NCBI GenBank assembly: GCA_965240325.2
Contig: OZ251249.1
Location: forward strand, 682,001 to 746,000
Reading direction: 5' to 3'
Length of the DNA stretch: 64,000 nt
DNA from: Rebecca billardiae RCC1528
Taxonomy: Eukaryota; Protista; Haptophyta
Part shown: piece after piece, positions 1 to 10,908 of the stretch
Layout of the letters: the number at the start of each line of letters is the position of its first letter
Numbering within the stretch: the first letter of the stretch is position 1
Translations under genes and position numbers: made by a program
The notes under the pieces: model-generated
Told to the model about the DNA's origin: nothing
Databases searched by the model: none
What the model saw: only the letters and a program-made list of their open reading frames with translations

Positions 1-380
1 TCGGCTGGCGCCGTGGCTGGTGCGGCCGCGTGGTCGGCACGGACCGTCACCACCGTACAGTCCGTACACCAGGTTCCCTACCGCTCAGGTTGGCATCACT
101 TATTGGCAGAGGCGCGGGCGCGGCACAAGACAACCGCGTCCGCGCGGCGCGCCGTGCGGCGCCCGCTCGGAACTCGTGAACGCTCATCAGCGGCGCCCCG
201 CCCGGCTGGAGTCGGCGGACTCGGCGGTGTAGTTACACTGAACTCATCGTGTTTACCTGTCCGGCCCGCGGGCTCCGGATTCCGAAAGCACTGCGCACGC
301 TGTGACTCCGTGTTGACTGTTCATGAGGTGGACGAAACGGTCGTCGGCACTCGGCACGACGACGGCGGAATCGACGCGAA

Positions 381-2613
381 ATGTGGACGCCGCGCGGAAC
401 GATCGTCCTGCTGTCGTCCGACGAGGATGAGCCCGCGGGGAGCGCCATGCGCGCTCGTCGACTCGTGGTCGACAGCTCCCCCAGCAGCGAGAGCTCCTCC
501 CCAGAACGTGCGCCCTCAGCCGCCCGCAGCTCACCCGTGCCCGCCGCTCGCTCGGCCGTGCGCCGCGGGCGCATCGTGCTGGAGGATGACGACGCGAGCG
601 ACGACGAGCCCACCCTGGCGGCAGAGGCGTGCACGCCGCTGGCAGCCGTCTCGGGTGCGGCGCGGCATGTGCAAGGGCTCGCCTCGCGCCGGCGCCGCGC
701 GGTCCTCGACTCGCCCTCCTCGAGCGACGGAAGCCTGCCGACGCCTCCGCGGTTGGGATCAGCGCGCGCACCGATCAGTAGCGCTCGGGGCCGGCGCGTG
801 GTGCTCGACTCTCCGCCGTCTGGCGGCAGCCCAAGCAGTGCGGACGACTCCGCAGCCGCCACCCCGCCGCCGCACGGCGGCTCGTCGACGCCGCGGCGCG
901 CGTCGGCGCGAGTGATTGTCCTGCTCAGCAGCGACGACGACGGCGACGACGACGATGACGATGACGACGACCCTGATGATGCTGACTCTGGTCCTGAGAG
1001 GGCGGAGGGGGCGGCGGCGGAGCGCGTGGGCTCCTCGCCGAGGACGGCCGTCATTGGGCAAGGCGGGGGTGGCCTGGGCGCCATCTCGCTCGTCGACGGC
1101 ACCCCGACCTCCCACCGCCGCCCTGCGCCCCCCTGGAGGCCACACCGGCAGGAGACGAGTGGTGTGGCGCACGCGCTCCCGGTGCGGCCTCAACTGCCGG
1201 CGCCAGCGCCGCCTGGCCAGGCCGGCGCGTGCGCTGACGAGCCGATCGAGCTCTCGAGCGACTCCGGCTCGGACGAGCCCGCAGAGGAGCCGCCGCGGCG
1301 GCGTGTGGGCAGCGCGCGCCCAGCGGGCGCGCGCCGATGGCCGTGCGCCTCGCCGCCCAGCGGCGGCAGCAGCTCAGGCTCAGACGACTCAGCTCTGCCG
1401 GGCTCCCCTCCGCGGCCGCGCCGGCGCGCGCCGGGCGGCGGCCGGCCAGAGGGCGATCGTGGCGCTGGCGGCGGCGTGCTGGCGGCGGTGGGCGGCGCGG
1501 GCGCGAACATCGGCAGCGCGCCAGCCACGCCTGCGCGCGGCAAGAAGCTGGCGCCGCCCTCCGACCCCGCCACCACGCCTGCGCCTCGCGCGAGGCCCGC
1601 GGCGCCGCCGCTCTCAGCGCGCGCGCGCGCGGCGCAGCGGCGCGCGCTCACCGAGTCCCTCCGGCCCGAGTTCGAGCGGCTGAACCGGGCGGCTTTCGAG
1701 GGGCGGCTGCCCTTGGACCTGCCGCTGGCGTGGTCGAACACGCTCAGGCGCACGGCGGGGATCACCAAGCTGTGGACGGCGCGCGGGGCCGACGGTGGGC
1801 GGCGCGCGCGCATCGAGCTTGCCACCAAGGTGGTGGACAGCCCGGAACGGTGCGCGCGCGGCGCCGTGCGCCCGCCCGCCAGCCCCGTGCGCGCGCGAGC
1901 GCCGTGCCGCGCGGCACGCGGCGACTGTGCTCACCTGCCCGCGCGCGCGCCGTCGGTGGCGCAGGCTCGAGTCGACGCTGCTCCACGAGATGTGCCACGC
2001 CGCGGCCTGGCTGCTTGACGGCTGCCTCCGGCCGCCGCACGGCGCACCGTTTTGGGAGTGGGCGCGGCGCGCGATGCGGCGGCTGCCGGGCGTGCAGGTG
2101 ACGACGTGCCACGCGTACGAGATCCACTGCCGCCACCGCTTCCGGTGCGAGGGCTGCCGCAAGGAGTACGGCCGGCACTCCAAGTCGATCGACCCCGCCA
2201 AGCACGCCTGCTCGCTCTGCGCCGGACGCCTTGTCTACCTCGGAGCGTTCGAACTGGACGGGACGCCCGTGCGCGCGCGCGCGCCGACGGCCTTCTCGCG
2301 CTTCGTCGGAGAGAGGATGGGCGCGGCGAAGCAGCGGGCGGGGCCGGGCGCGTCGCATGCGCAGGTGATGGCGCTGCTCTCGGCGGAGTGGCATGAGCTC
2401 AAGGCGAGCGGTGGCGTGCTCGGGTCCGCAGGGTCCGGTGGCGCGCTCGTTGCCGGCGGCTCCGATGACCGCCAGCGTCACGGCAACGTCGGCAACTCCA
2501 ACGCTGCCGGCGACGAGGCCCAGCGGGCAGGCGGCGGCAGCAGCGGACCTGGCGCCCCAACCTCCGCCGCCTCGTCCGTGCTCGACGCGATGCTCGCAGA
2601 GCTGCAGATCTGA
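381..2613 (+). CDS. GCNA: GCNA/ACRC-like SprT-family metalloprotease (acidic disordered N-terminus, SprT, Zn ribbon, HMG-like box); 2 exons 381-1849, 1965-2613; ~705 aa
   Basis: A GT-AG intron at 1850-1964 joins ...ATKVVDSPER to LESTLLHEMCHAAAW (HExxH). Also present: WSNTLRRTAG, PPHGAPFWEWA, the CEGC...CSLC zinc ribbon and TAFSRFVGE...VMALLSAEW (HMG-like). The N-terminus is long and Asp/Ser-rich. Confidence 0.88.
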
Positions 2614-2737
2614 CGGCCGCCCGCCAAGGCTGGCATCGGCGAGCCGTGCCGCTTGTACTATATATATACGTAGCAGTAGTTACTAGCAGACCGTACGACG
2701 ATTGTTGCCGCCGCCCTGAAGCGCTTGTTCATCAACA

Positions 2738-2849
2738 TTTTTCCGGCGGCGCTACCATCGGCGACGGCTTCATGGGCGGTGACAGTTGGCGGGCGTCAAT
2801 CTCGCCTGCCTGAGCTGTGTGCGTCTCTTATGATTCTTAGTAAACTGTA
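2738..2849 (+). repeat. ~110 bp dispersed repeat, copy A (inverted copy at 14169-14277), just upstream of the trypsin ATG
   Basis: TTTTTCCGGCGGCGCTACCA...CTTAGTAAACTGTA matches the reverse complement of 14169-14277 except for one substitution and a 3-bp indel. Confidence 0.9.
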
Positions 2850-2906
2850 CGTACCACTGACCAATCGCCATCGTGATTTCGCGCGTTCGCGGCATTAAAG
2901 TTCAGC

Positions 2907-3401
2907 ATGGCGGCGCGCCCGCCGCGCCGGCGGAGCTGTTGGCACGTCGTGCTCTTCTTGGCGACGTGCGGCGCGCGCGACGGCCGACGCCGTCTGATCG
3001 TGGGCGGCGAGTCGCTCTCGCCGTTCCAGCTCCCCTGGCTTCTCGTCCTCGCCGAGCGCGAGCTCAGCGCCGACGCGTATGAGATCCATTGTGGCGCTTC
3101 GCTCGTGCATCCGCGCATCGCGCTCACGTGCGCGCACTGCGTGCACAACCGCACGTCGAGCTTCAAGGTGAGCGTGCACCGGCACAACATCACGCGGCCC
3201 GCGCGCTCTGAGTCGCGCTGCTCGCGCAACATCGAGGTGCGCTCCGTGCTCGCACACCCGCGGTACAATTCGGTCACGCAAGCCAACGACATCGCGCTGA
3301 TGCTGCTCGCGCGGCCCGCGCCGTGCGCAAAGACGGTGAGGCTCGACGACGGCACGGCGCTCCGGCACGCCTTCGGCACACCCGCCGCCGGCAAGGGCCG
3401 T

Positions 3402-3433
<32 letters not shown>

Positions 3434-3916
3434 TGCGGTCGGCCGCTTCGGCTGGGTCGCCGGCTGGGGGGCCACCGACCGCACCTCTGAGCACTTTTCG
3501 GACGTGGCGATGCGCGTGCGCGTGCCCGTGCTGAGCGAGGGCGTGTGCTCGCGCGTGTACGGCCCGCTCCGCGCGCGCATCAAGGTGCGCTACTTCCCGG
3601 ACTCGATGCTCTGTGCCGGCAACGCGGGGCCCCGCTGGCAGCGGCGGCGGCAGCAGTCTGACAGCTGCGAGGGTGACTCGGGCGGCCCCCTCTTCGTCGA
3701 GGCGCCGTCGGGATCGTCCGGACCGTCCGGACGGCCCGGGCAGGCCGGGCCGAGGGGCGGGCAGCGTCGGGGTCACGGGCGGCCGCTCGGCGTGCTCCTC
3801 TACTCGGGCGGCGCCGCCGGCGCGCACGAGGCCGAAGCTGACAGTGGCGGAGCTCGCGATGCCGCTGCGGATGTCGATGACCCGACTGCGCAGGCAAAGC
3901 CACCTGGACGACGACT

Positions 3917-3961
<45 letters not shown>

Positions 3962-4202
3962 CGTGCAGATCGGTATCATCTCGTGGGGCATCAGCTGCTC
4001 CGTGAAACGGTACCCCGGCGTGTACACTCGCGTCGCGCATCACCTGCCGTGGATCATACGCTCCACACGCACCCTGCTCGAGCACAGCGCCCGCGAGCGG
4101 ACGATGGCGGCTGGTGGATCGTCGCGCAAGCACTACCGTAACGGCACAGCTGCAACCACCAGTGCAGAGCATCCCACATTAGCAGCGGGCCACGGCAGCT
4201 AG
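2907..4202 (+). CDS. Secreted trypsin-like (S1) serine protease, 431 aa, intronless
   Basis: Signal-like N-terminus, RRRL|IVGG activation site, TCAHC, NDIAL, DSCEGDSGGPLF, GIISWG, PGVYTRV. Confidence 0.93.
3918..3959 (+). repeat. (CAG)14 coding microsatellite (polyQ) in the trypsin gene
   Basis: Pure CAG run read directly from the sequence. Confidence 0.97.
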
Positions 4203-4481
4203 CGCTGGCGTCGGCGAGACCGCACCGGCGGGCGAGCAGCGGGGCGCGAATCCGGGCGGCGTGCCAATAACGGCGGAGAGCGACGAATCGTGCGGCGCTG
4301 ACTACGGCTACGCTGCTTACGCCGGCGGCGCCGGCGGCGCCGGCGGCGCGAGTCGTCGTATTATATTCTACGACGCATATCATCGCCATCAGCAGCGCAT
4401 TATCATGCATGCTGCCGTGCGCTGATGACTACCGAGCAGTCAGTAGATGCGCGCTGTGCAGGCAATTCGTCCTGATGGCGG

Positions 4482-6432
4482 TAGGTGGGTCCCTCCCAAC
4501 TGGGGCGATGTTCTGGCGCACTCAGAATGGCGTCCTAGATTTCGTCTCTCACCCAGAATCGACGCTATAAATGCGTCCCATCGGGGCGGAGCAAAAGTTT
4601 CGACCTCAAAACCTACTCCGCGTGCCGTCGCGCGGCCGAGCGCGCGCGCGCCGCGCCACTAGTGTCACATAGAGATTTTGCGAAGCGTTACTTGATGGTT
4701 ATGGTGGCTAGATGGCGACATGCGATCGGAACGACTTATTGGCAACCGTTGACACCCGACCGAACCATTTTATGAAGCAAAGAGTGGGGCTCTATGCTGT
4801 GCGCGGATACCTCCAACAAACTACAGCAAGATCGAGCAGATTACCCACTTTGTATATAGCCAATTACCCGTATATAGAACGACGGTTACCCACTTTATAT
4901 TGACCGTGGATGTGGCTCACTATATATTCAAATTCGTTCCGATATGTGGGTACGTTTGTTGGGTCATCGAATAGGCGCCGAGCGACGCGGACACAGGCAA
5001 ACCGGGCCGCAACCGGACTGCCTGCGAGTGGCAGTGTTTGTGGCGGGCTGCGTGCCGAGGCACGCATCATCGCCCGCCACCGAGCATGCCACCGTCGTCA
5101 CACGGGAGCCCTCCGCCGTCGAGGCTGGACTATCAGCCAACGCCACCGCCGGAGCTTGCCGCGCTCGGCGGCTTCCGTGCTCGTACTCCGCGTGTCACCG
5201 GTCGTCGTATGCCCACCCGCGTGAGGCCGCCACCAGTCCACGACTACCGCAGCTGCAGCCCATGCCGTCGACGATACCTCCTACAATCTTCTTGCCAGGC
5301 AGCAATACGATAGGTTCACCGACGCTGCTGCTAGGCTGAGAGCACTCAGCCAGTTGGCCGGCGAGACGTCAGATGGTTGAGCTGCTGGCCTAGCCATCAC
5401 GTTGCGGCTTCCGCTCGCTCAAGTACACCCAACGTGACGACGAGAACGTGCTGGGCAATCATCAGACATGCGTCTGAGGGGTCTACCACGCCTAGCCGTA
5501 GATTTGCTGAGTACGAGTCTTCGCAGATAACAAGCGGAACGAGTGGGACCACCCGATGGCAGGAGCAACAGCGTGGGGTGGCACCCGCGCCTGTCAACGC
5601 GACCGCGTTCTGTCAAGAATGGACCCATATCCTGCGACCACGCTCGAGCACCGCATATTATGCCCACACTCGGCATAGGGAAGGATCGCTGAGCGCCTGC
5701 TGCCGCTGTCAAAGGCCCTGCTGATCTTCCTGGCGCTTGATCGTGCACACGGATGGCAAGTCAGCGTGCTCGATGCACATCGCGGCGGCTTCTCAGCATC
5801 CCAAGTCCTCAGTGCACCCATCCCAGGCCTGCTGGTCGATGATTGGTACCAACCCCCACCAAACACGCCCTCTCGGAAGTCGCCAATCGCTCACATGGCT
5901 CCCCGAGAGCCCGGGGCTGGCTGTCGTGCGTTCTCACGAGCAGCTTGCGCGCAGCCCAATTGTCACCTTCACGGTGCGTAGAGCTGCTCAAGATGGCGGG
6001 AGCGTCAAGAGTATGCACATGCCTGATGGTGACCCATGCCTCCCGTCGCCTGACCCGCCTGTAGCGAAAAGTGACCCTGCTCGAAGGCACGGGTCGAACA
6101 CCTGCCGATCGATTCAAGTTGTCTGTACGCGTCTAGCCGGGCGAGAGTCAAACATGCGGGCACGTGCCAGGCGGGGGATGTGTGACCACGGATCCCATCC
6201 GTGAGCACGCGCAAAGCGCTGGAGCGCGCGATAGGTGTTGGCAGTAGTCTACCCGACACACGGCGGCTCGGTCGCGCTGGAGAGGCACTCCGACATCGTC
6301 GGGAGCGTTCAGATCGGACCTCGGCCGGCGGCCCGGCGATTTTCCCGAGCCGCGCCCCGCGCGAAAGAAATCCGGCCAGAGAACCCGGTAAATGTTTAAA
6401 AGACCGCTGGAAAATCGCCAGGGACCCACCTA
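4482..6432. mobile_element. Non-autonomous TIR DNA transposon (hAT-like TAG...CTA ends), 1,951 bp
   Basis: Perfect 13-bp TIR TAGGTGGGTCCCT (4482-4494) / AGGGACCCACCTA (6420-6432). Flanked by the 7-bp direct repeat ATGGCGG (4475-4481, 6433-6439). The interior is lower in GC and has no transposase ORF. Confidence 0.88.
4944..5981 (+). pseudogene. Decayed captured gene inside the TIR element, possibly sulfotransferase-like
   Basis: One frame reads as protein across several TGA/TAG stops: PTIFLPGSNTIGSPTLLLG*EH...RIAERLLPLSKALLIFLALDRAHG. This loosely resembles the sulfotransferase 5'PSB and 3'PB regions. Confidence 0.35.
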
Positions 6433-6477
6433 ATGGCGGTAAATCGTATCAGTACTAAGCGCGCCGGCGCACCGTAG

Positions 6478-6517
6478 TCATATACATATACATATATATA
6501 TATATACATATACATAT

Positions 6518-6570
<53 letters not shown>

Positions 6571-6576
6571 TATATA
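6478..6576. repeat. (TA)n/(TACATA)n microsatellite, the insertion site of CACAGT element copy 1
   Basis: Read directly. The TA run resumes at 8626-8675 on the other side of the element. Confidence 0.95.
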
Positions 6577-8625
6577 TACAGTAAACAAATCGATTTTAGC
6601 CGTCACCGTAACCTGTCCGCACTTCCGCCCAGTGGGGATGCGCCGGAATTTTTTTCATGCCCCGTTCGCGGCACTTCGCGCCGCGCACAGTGGAGAAAGA
6701 TCGGGCCGAAGCCGGCTGAGCATGGTCGTTCGTGCGCACGCCCATTCGAATCGATGGCGCGCTCCGAGCGGCGGGCGTGCGCGCATGTGTGCCGCGAGGG
6801 GGGCTGCGAGGCGTCGGCTGGCTTGCCAAGGCGGTTCCCCGGGGCGGCGTCACCCTCGCCCGCCCCTCCTCGCCCACCCTCGCTCCACGGGCGGCCACAC
6901 GTGACCTGTTGAGATGAGTTCACGGGGGCCGCGCGGCACGCGCGCGGAGAGGCGAGGAAGTGGTGTTTCGCGGAAAAACGTTCTGTAGCATTGTGCCCAA
7001 CCCATGTGGGCACCCGCTCCACAAGTTTGCGGTACGCCAAACCGCACACAGCGGCCTGAGCAGCTCCCAGACTGACTTTCGCTCTTGAAGCCTGTTTTTG
7101 GGCCAGATCTTGGTGTGGATGTAGCGCGGCGAGGAGGCGCCGGGCGCGCGCCCGAGCTGCGTGCTGCCACTCGCCATGACCCATAGACATCGTCCGTCGC
7201 GAACGACCCGGCTCGCCTCGACCTCTCCGACCCGCCGGGCAGCCACGACCGAGCGCGCAGCCAACGGTGTCCAAACAGAGGCTTCTCAGACCGCGTGGGA
7301 TGGGCATAGGCGCGAGAGAGGGCGCCCAGCGCGCTCTTGAGATGCACAGGAGCACGCGCTGGTGCGTATAGAACCATCCCATCACGATCGCCCCGACCTG
7401 GCGCGCCCTATCTGGCCCGTCAGGCTGCCCGCGCCGCCGCCGCCGGCGCCACGCCGCCGCCACGCCGCCGCCGCACCGCGGGCACGCGGGTAAGTCTGTA
7501 TTCAACAAATACAGAATTTCCGGTGCGGCCCTCTTTTGGGCGGCAAGGTCGGTGTGGTCGACACCTGCCGCGCGGCATGGGCCACGGCGCGGCGAGGTGG
7601 CCGCTGGCGCACCGCGGCGCGGGCGGGATGGCTCGAGGACACCACCGCCCCGCCTCCCACGCCGCGCCGTGCGCGTGCGCCGTGCTCTCGTCGCGTACCG
7701 AATTTCCTGCGGTGAGCGACGTCACACAGCGCGACCATGCCATCGCGCGACGAGGTGCGTTCAGCTCGGCGATTTGTCGTATTTGTTGAATACATGCGGG
7801 TACGAATCAGCCGCAAGATCGCCGTCGATGGCGAGACTCGCATCGCCCGAGGGGGCGCGCGCGGTGTGGAGTGGCACGCGACGCGGAGAGGGCGGGTGCG
7901 GTGCCGCGGGCGCGCGACTGGTCTAGAACATCCCAATGAAGCGCGGGACGGCGCCGCGCGCCTGTGCTCGCCGCCGTCTCCTCGCAGTCGAAAATATCTA
8001 GCTGTGCACCCTTCTGCCTGGGGTTGGGCCGGCCTCGCAGGCGCGGCACGCGGGCACTGCGTGCGGGGAGGAGTGTGACATGGCAGGCTGTGGCGAGGTG
8101 GATGGCCGTGCAGGAGTATGCTGGGAAGGGCCGTTCCCGCGCTCGCGCGGTGCCTCGCGCACGTCTCGTCGAGGACGAGCGTGCTTGAATGGCTCCGGGG
8201 AGGCCTGCGCAAACGCTTGTGGACAGCCGCGCGCAACAGGTGCACACGACGAAGGTGACGACCAGGCACTCCGGCGAGGGCGGCTGTGCTGGCAGCAGGC
8301 TGCCTTTGGAGTAAGATGCGCCATCGTACGTGCCGCTTCGCCTCGCCGCATCGCCGCACTGAGCAGCAGGGCTCCACGCTCACGAATGGCTGCTCACGAG
8401 CTACGTGACAGGCCAGCCGCGTGCAACCCGGCGAGGCAGAGAGGGGCGGAGAGATGGGGAGGCTGGCTGGGATGTTGCAGTCCCATGCCCTGGGCACTCA
8501 CCAAGCGCCTGCGCGACCACCGTAGCGTCTTCTGTGCGCTCGTGCAGCCCATGCGAGAATTTCCCCGAAAATCGGCTCGTGTCGGACAGGTTACGGTGAC
8601 GATAATCCCGTTTTTGTTCACTGTG
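6577..8625. mobile_element. ~2.05 kb non-autonomous TIR element, copy 1 (CMC/EnSpm-like, apparent 2-bp TSD TA)
   Basis: Ends are TACAGTAAAC... and ...GTTCACTGTG. Perfect 19-bp subterminal IR CGTCACCGTAACCTGTCCG (6601-6619 / 8583-8601). Colinear with 16601-18646 over its whole length. Confidence 0.92.
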
Positions 8626-9230
8626 TATATATATATATATATAGCTATACTATATATATCTATATATATATATATGATGTCTCAGCATCATCGATCGATC
8701 GTCGTCATCACCGCCATCCGGCCAGCAGAATGTCGTCGTATCGTAGTAGTACGTACGACAGCGCAGGCAATCGCGGGCAATATATAATAAGAATAAGTCA
8801 GAGATCTCACACGGCGCGCTAGTCGTTATCGTAGTCTCGGTTTCCGTTAGCCGCCGTTCGGTAGCCCGAGCGCCCGTACGGAGTCTCAGTGTCTTAGCGC
8901 TAGGTCCGCCCGCCGCGCAGGCGCGCCGGGGGGCGCCGGGGGGCAGGGGGGCAGAGCCCCCGGCGCTGAGTCTTTAGGCCGCCTGGCCGGCCAGGCCGAA
9001 GATCGAAAAGCTTGGGCCATTTTAGAGCAATACATAATCTGGCATGATGTTGCATGGATGCTGCTGTGTCACTGGCCAGGAGTCAGTCATCAGGAGAAGT
9101 CGGGACTTGGCCTGCGTACTCGTAGTCGGGCCGCGCGCCGCGTCCCACGGGCCGACTGCGCCTCGGCGGAGACGGCGGACCACACGTCACAGCCGCGACG
9201 ACGTAGTCCCGCGGTTTTTTAGTGTGATGA

Positions 9231-9233
9231 CTC

Positions 9234-9305
<72 letters not shown>
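9231..9305. repeat. (CT)n microsatellite
   Basis: Read directly, with one interruption. Confidence 0.97.
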
Positions 9306-9307
<2 letters not shown>

Positions 9308-9423
9308 GCGTATAGCGAACCAGCCAATGGCTAGTCTCAGTTTCTAGGCCAGATCCGCAGATAGATAGCGCGCAAGCCCCAGTTTCTTAACTACCGGTGA
9401 CAGCTCCTTGTTGCCCGCGATTG

Positions 9424-10756
9424 CTGGGTGGAATTCCCATTTTATTCTGGCGCACTTCCGCACTGGGGAGGCGGAAAAGCGCCATTTAATACGAAAAAAG
9501 GCTAATAAAAAGCCATTTATTATAAAAGAACTAAGCGCGCACGCAGTGCGAAGAAATGTTTTTGGCGGTGTAGTATGCGAATCACCATAGATCTGCGTAC
9601 GCGGCGTCCCGAGCACACTCGTCGGGGCTCAGCTGCGGCTCGGCCTGCGCACGCTCAGCAAGCTCGCGTGCGGCAGCCTTTCCCTTGCCCCGCCTCGAGC
9701 AAGACTCACTATGAGGATCGACGTATGAGTGAGCGTGTGCCGCCGAAAGCTGCTGTCCGACAGCCACCCGCGGCTGCAGCCGCTGGCCGCGGTGCCTGGC
9801 CTCGGCGCGGGCCCCGCAGGCCTCCTCCTCCTGCGCGCCTCCTCCAGGCGTTTGGGCCGCCGCCGCCTTGGCCGCCTCGTCCTCGTCGATCAGCTGAACG
9901 GTGGGAGTGATGTCTGTGCTCAGCTGACTGCGACTTGACGAGCGAGGCGACGAGCGACAGCAGCCCGATGACCAAGCCGACGAGCTCGTCGTACGAGCCG
10001 TCACGCGTGCGCTCGTGCTGTGTCTGAGCTGGCTCGCGCTCGTACGCCGACCAGGCTTTGCTCGGACTGAACGCGTCTGCTCGGGCGTCTTTGCGTGTGC
10101 GCTTGGGCGGCCGCGGGCCGTCATCTGGTCCGACCGCGCGCAGCTCGAGCTCGGAAGCGTTGAGCTGCTCCACGGTCGACTCGCTTTCTGCCTCAGGCTC
10201 GACCACGGCAGCAGGCCCCGCAGCAGCCGCCTGATAGCATCGGCAGGGGCCCCTGCGCCACCCGCCGCCGTCCGCACATCGGCCAGCTTGGCGCACACGC
10301 GCTGGACCACGGCCTCGCCGCGCTTGACGCGGATGTGGTGCCAGGTCGTCGTGCCAATCGCTTGGCGATTGGCAACGGGTGCGGGCACCTCGATCACGAC
10401 AACGCCTGTCGCGTAGGCTGTGTAGCGATGACCGTCCACGACTCCGTCGCGGGTGGACGGCGCCATGCACCGGCACGCCATCGCGGCCGTGGACGCAAGT
10501 GAATTCATGACGAATTGTTTTTGAATTCACTAATTCGCCCAGGCCGCTACGTTGAACTCGAGCACGGACAATGTTATACAACCGCGATCTTTTGACTGTG
10601 TGAATGGGGCGCCGCCCCATGCTCAAATCCGAAGAGAACGAAGTTGTAACATTGCCTGGTCCCTAGATACTATGCTGTCCGGGTCCAGTCCGGGGCGGAT
10701 CTGAGCAGCCGGATTTTCCGCCCGGACAGACCAGAAAATATGGGATTTTCACCCTG
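9424..10756. mobile_element. Older degenerate TIR element (~1.33 kb) carrying a frameshifted ORF
   Basis: Imperfect ~27-bp IRs: CTGGGTGGAATTCCCATTTTATTCTGG versus the reverse-complemented right end CAGGGTGAAAATCCCATATTTTCTGG. A subterminal GGCGGAAAA is inverted at both ends. No clear TSD. Confidence 0.6.
9582..10508 (-). pseudogene. Probable frameshifted ORF of unknown family within the 9424-10756 element
   Basis: Protein-like text switches between the 9582..10508 frame (GHRYTAYATGVVVIEV...; VQLIDEDEAAK...) and the 9709..10626 frame (VVEPEAESESTVEQL...YDELVGLVIGLL). Confidence 0.4.
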
Positions 10757-10833
10757 CTTGTAATCGCGCTGATTTCGTCATGGCGCATCGGCCCGCGGTC
10801 CAGGTGCTCGGCACAGGCATCATAACTATAATC

Positions 10834-10834
<1 letters not shown>

Positions 10835-10890
<56 letters not shown>
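10835..10890. repeat. Compound (TA)n(TG)n microsatellite just 3' of the GT47 gene
   Basis: Read directly. Confidence 0.96.
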
Positions 10891-10891
<1 letters not shown>

Positions 10892-10908
10892 TATTGCGGC
10901 ATCGATCA

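Noticed and set aside
1-250. Gene start at the left edge
   Set aside because: The ATG-initiated minus-strand frames stop quickly, and there is too little sequence to support a call.
3800-4027. Poly-Cys small protein on the minus strand
   Set aside because: Antisense reading of the (CAG)14 tract.
8602-8625. Functional 12/23 RSS or RAG transposon
   Set aside because: The spacer is 1 bp, there is no nonamer at 12 or 23 bp, no 5-bp TSD and no RAG/Transib ORF. Kept only as a resemblance.
6596-8787. ORFs inside the 2-kb elements as transposase
   Set aside because: No DDE-like motifs, and frames are not preserved between the two copies.
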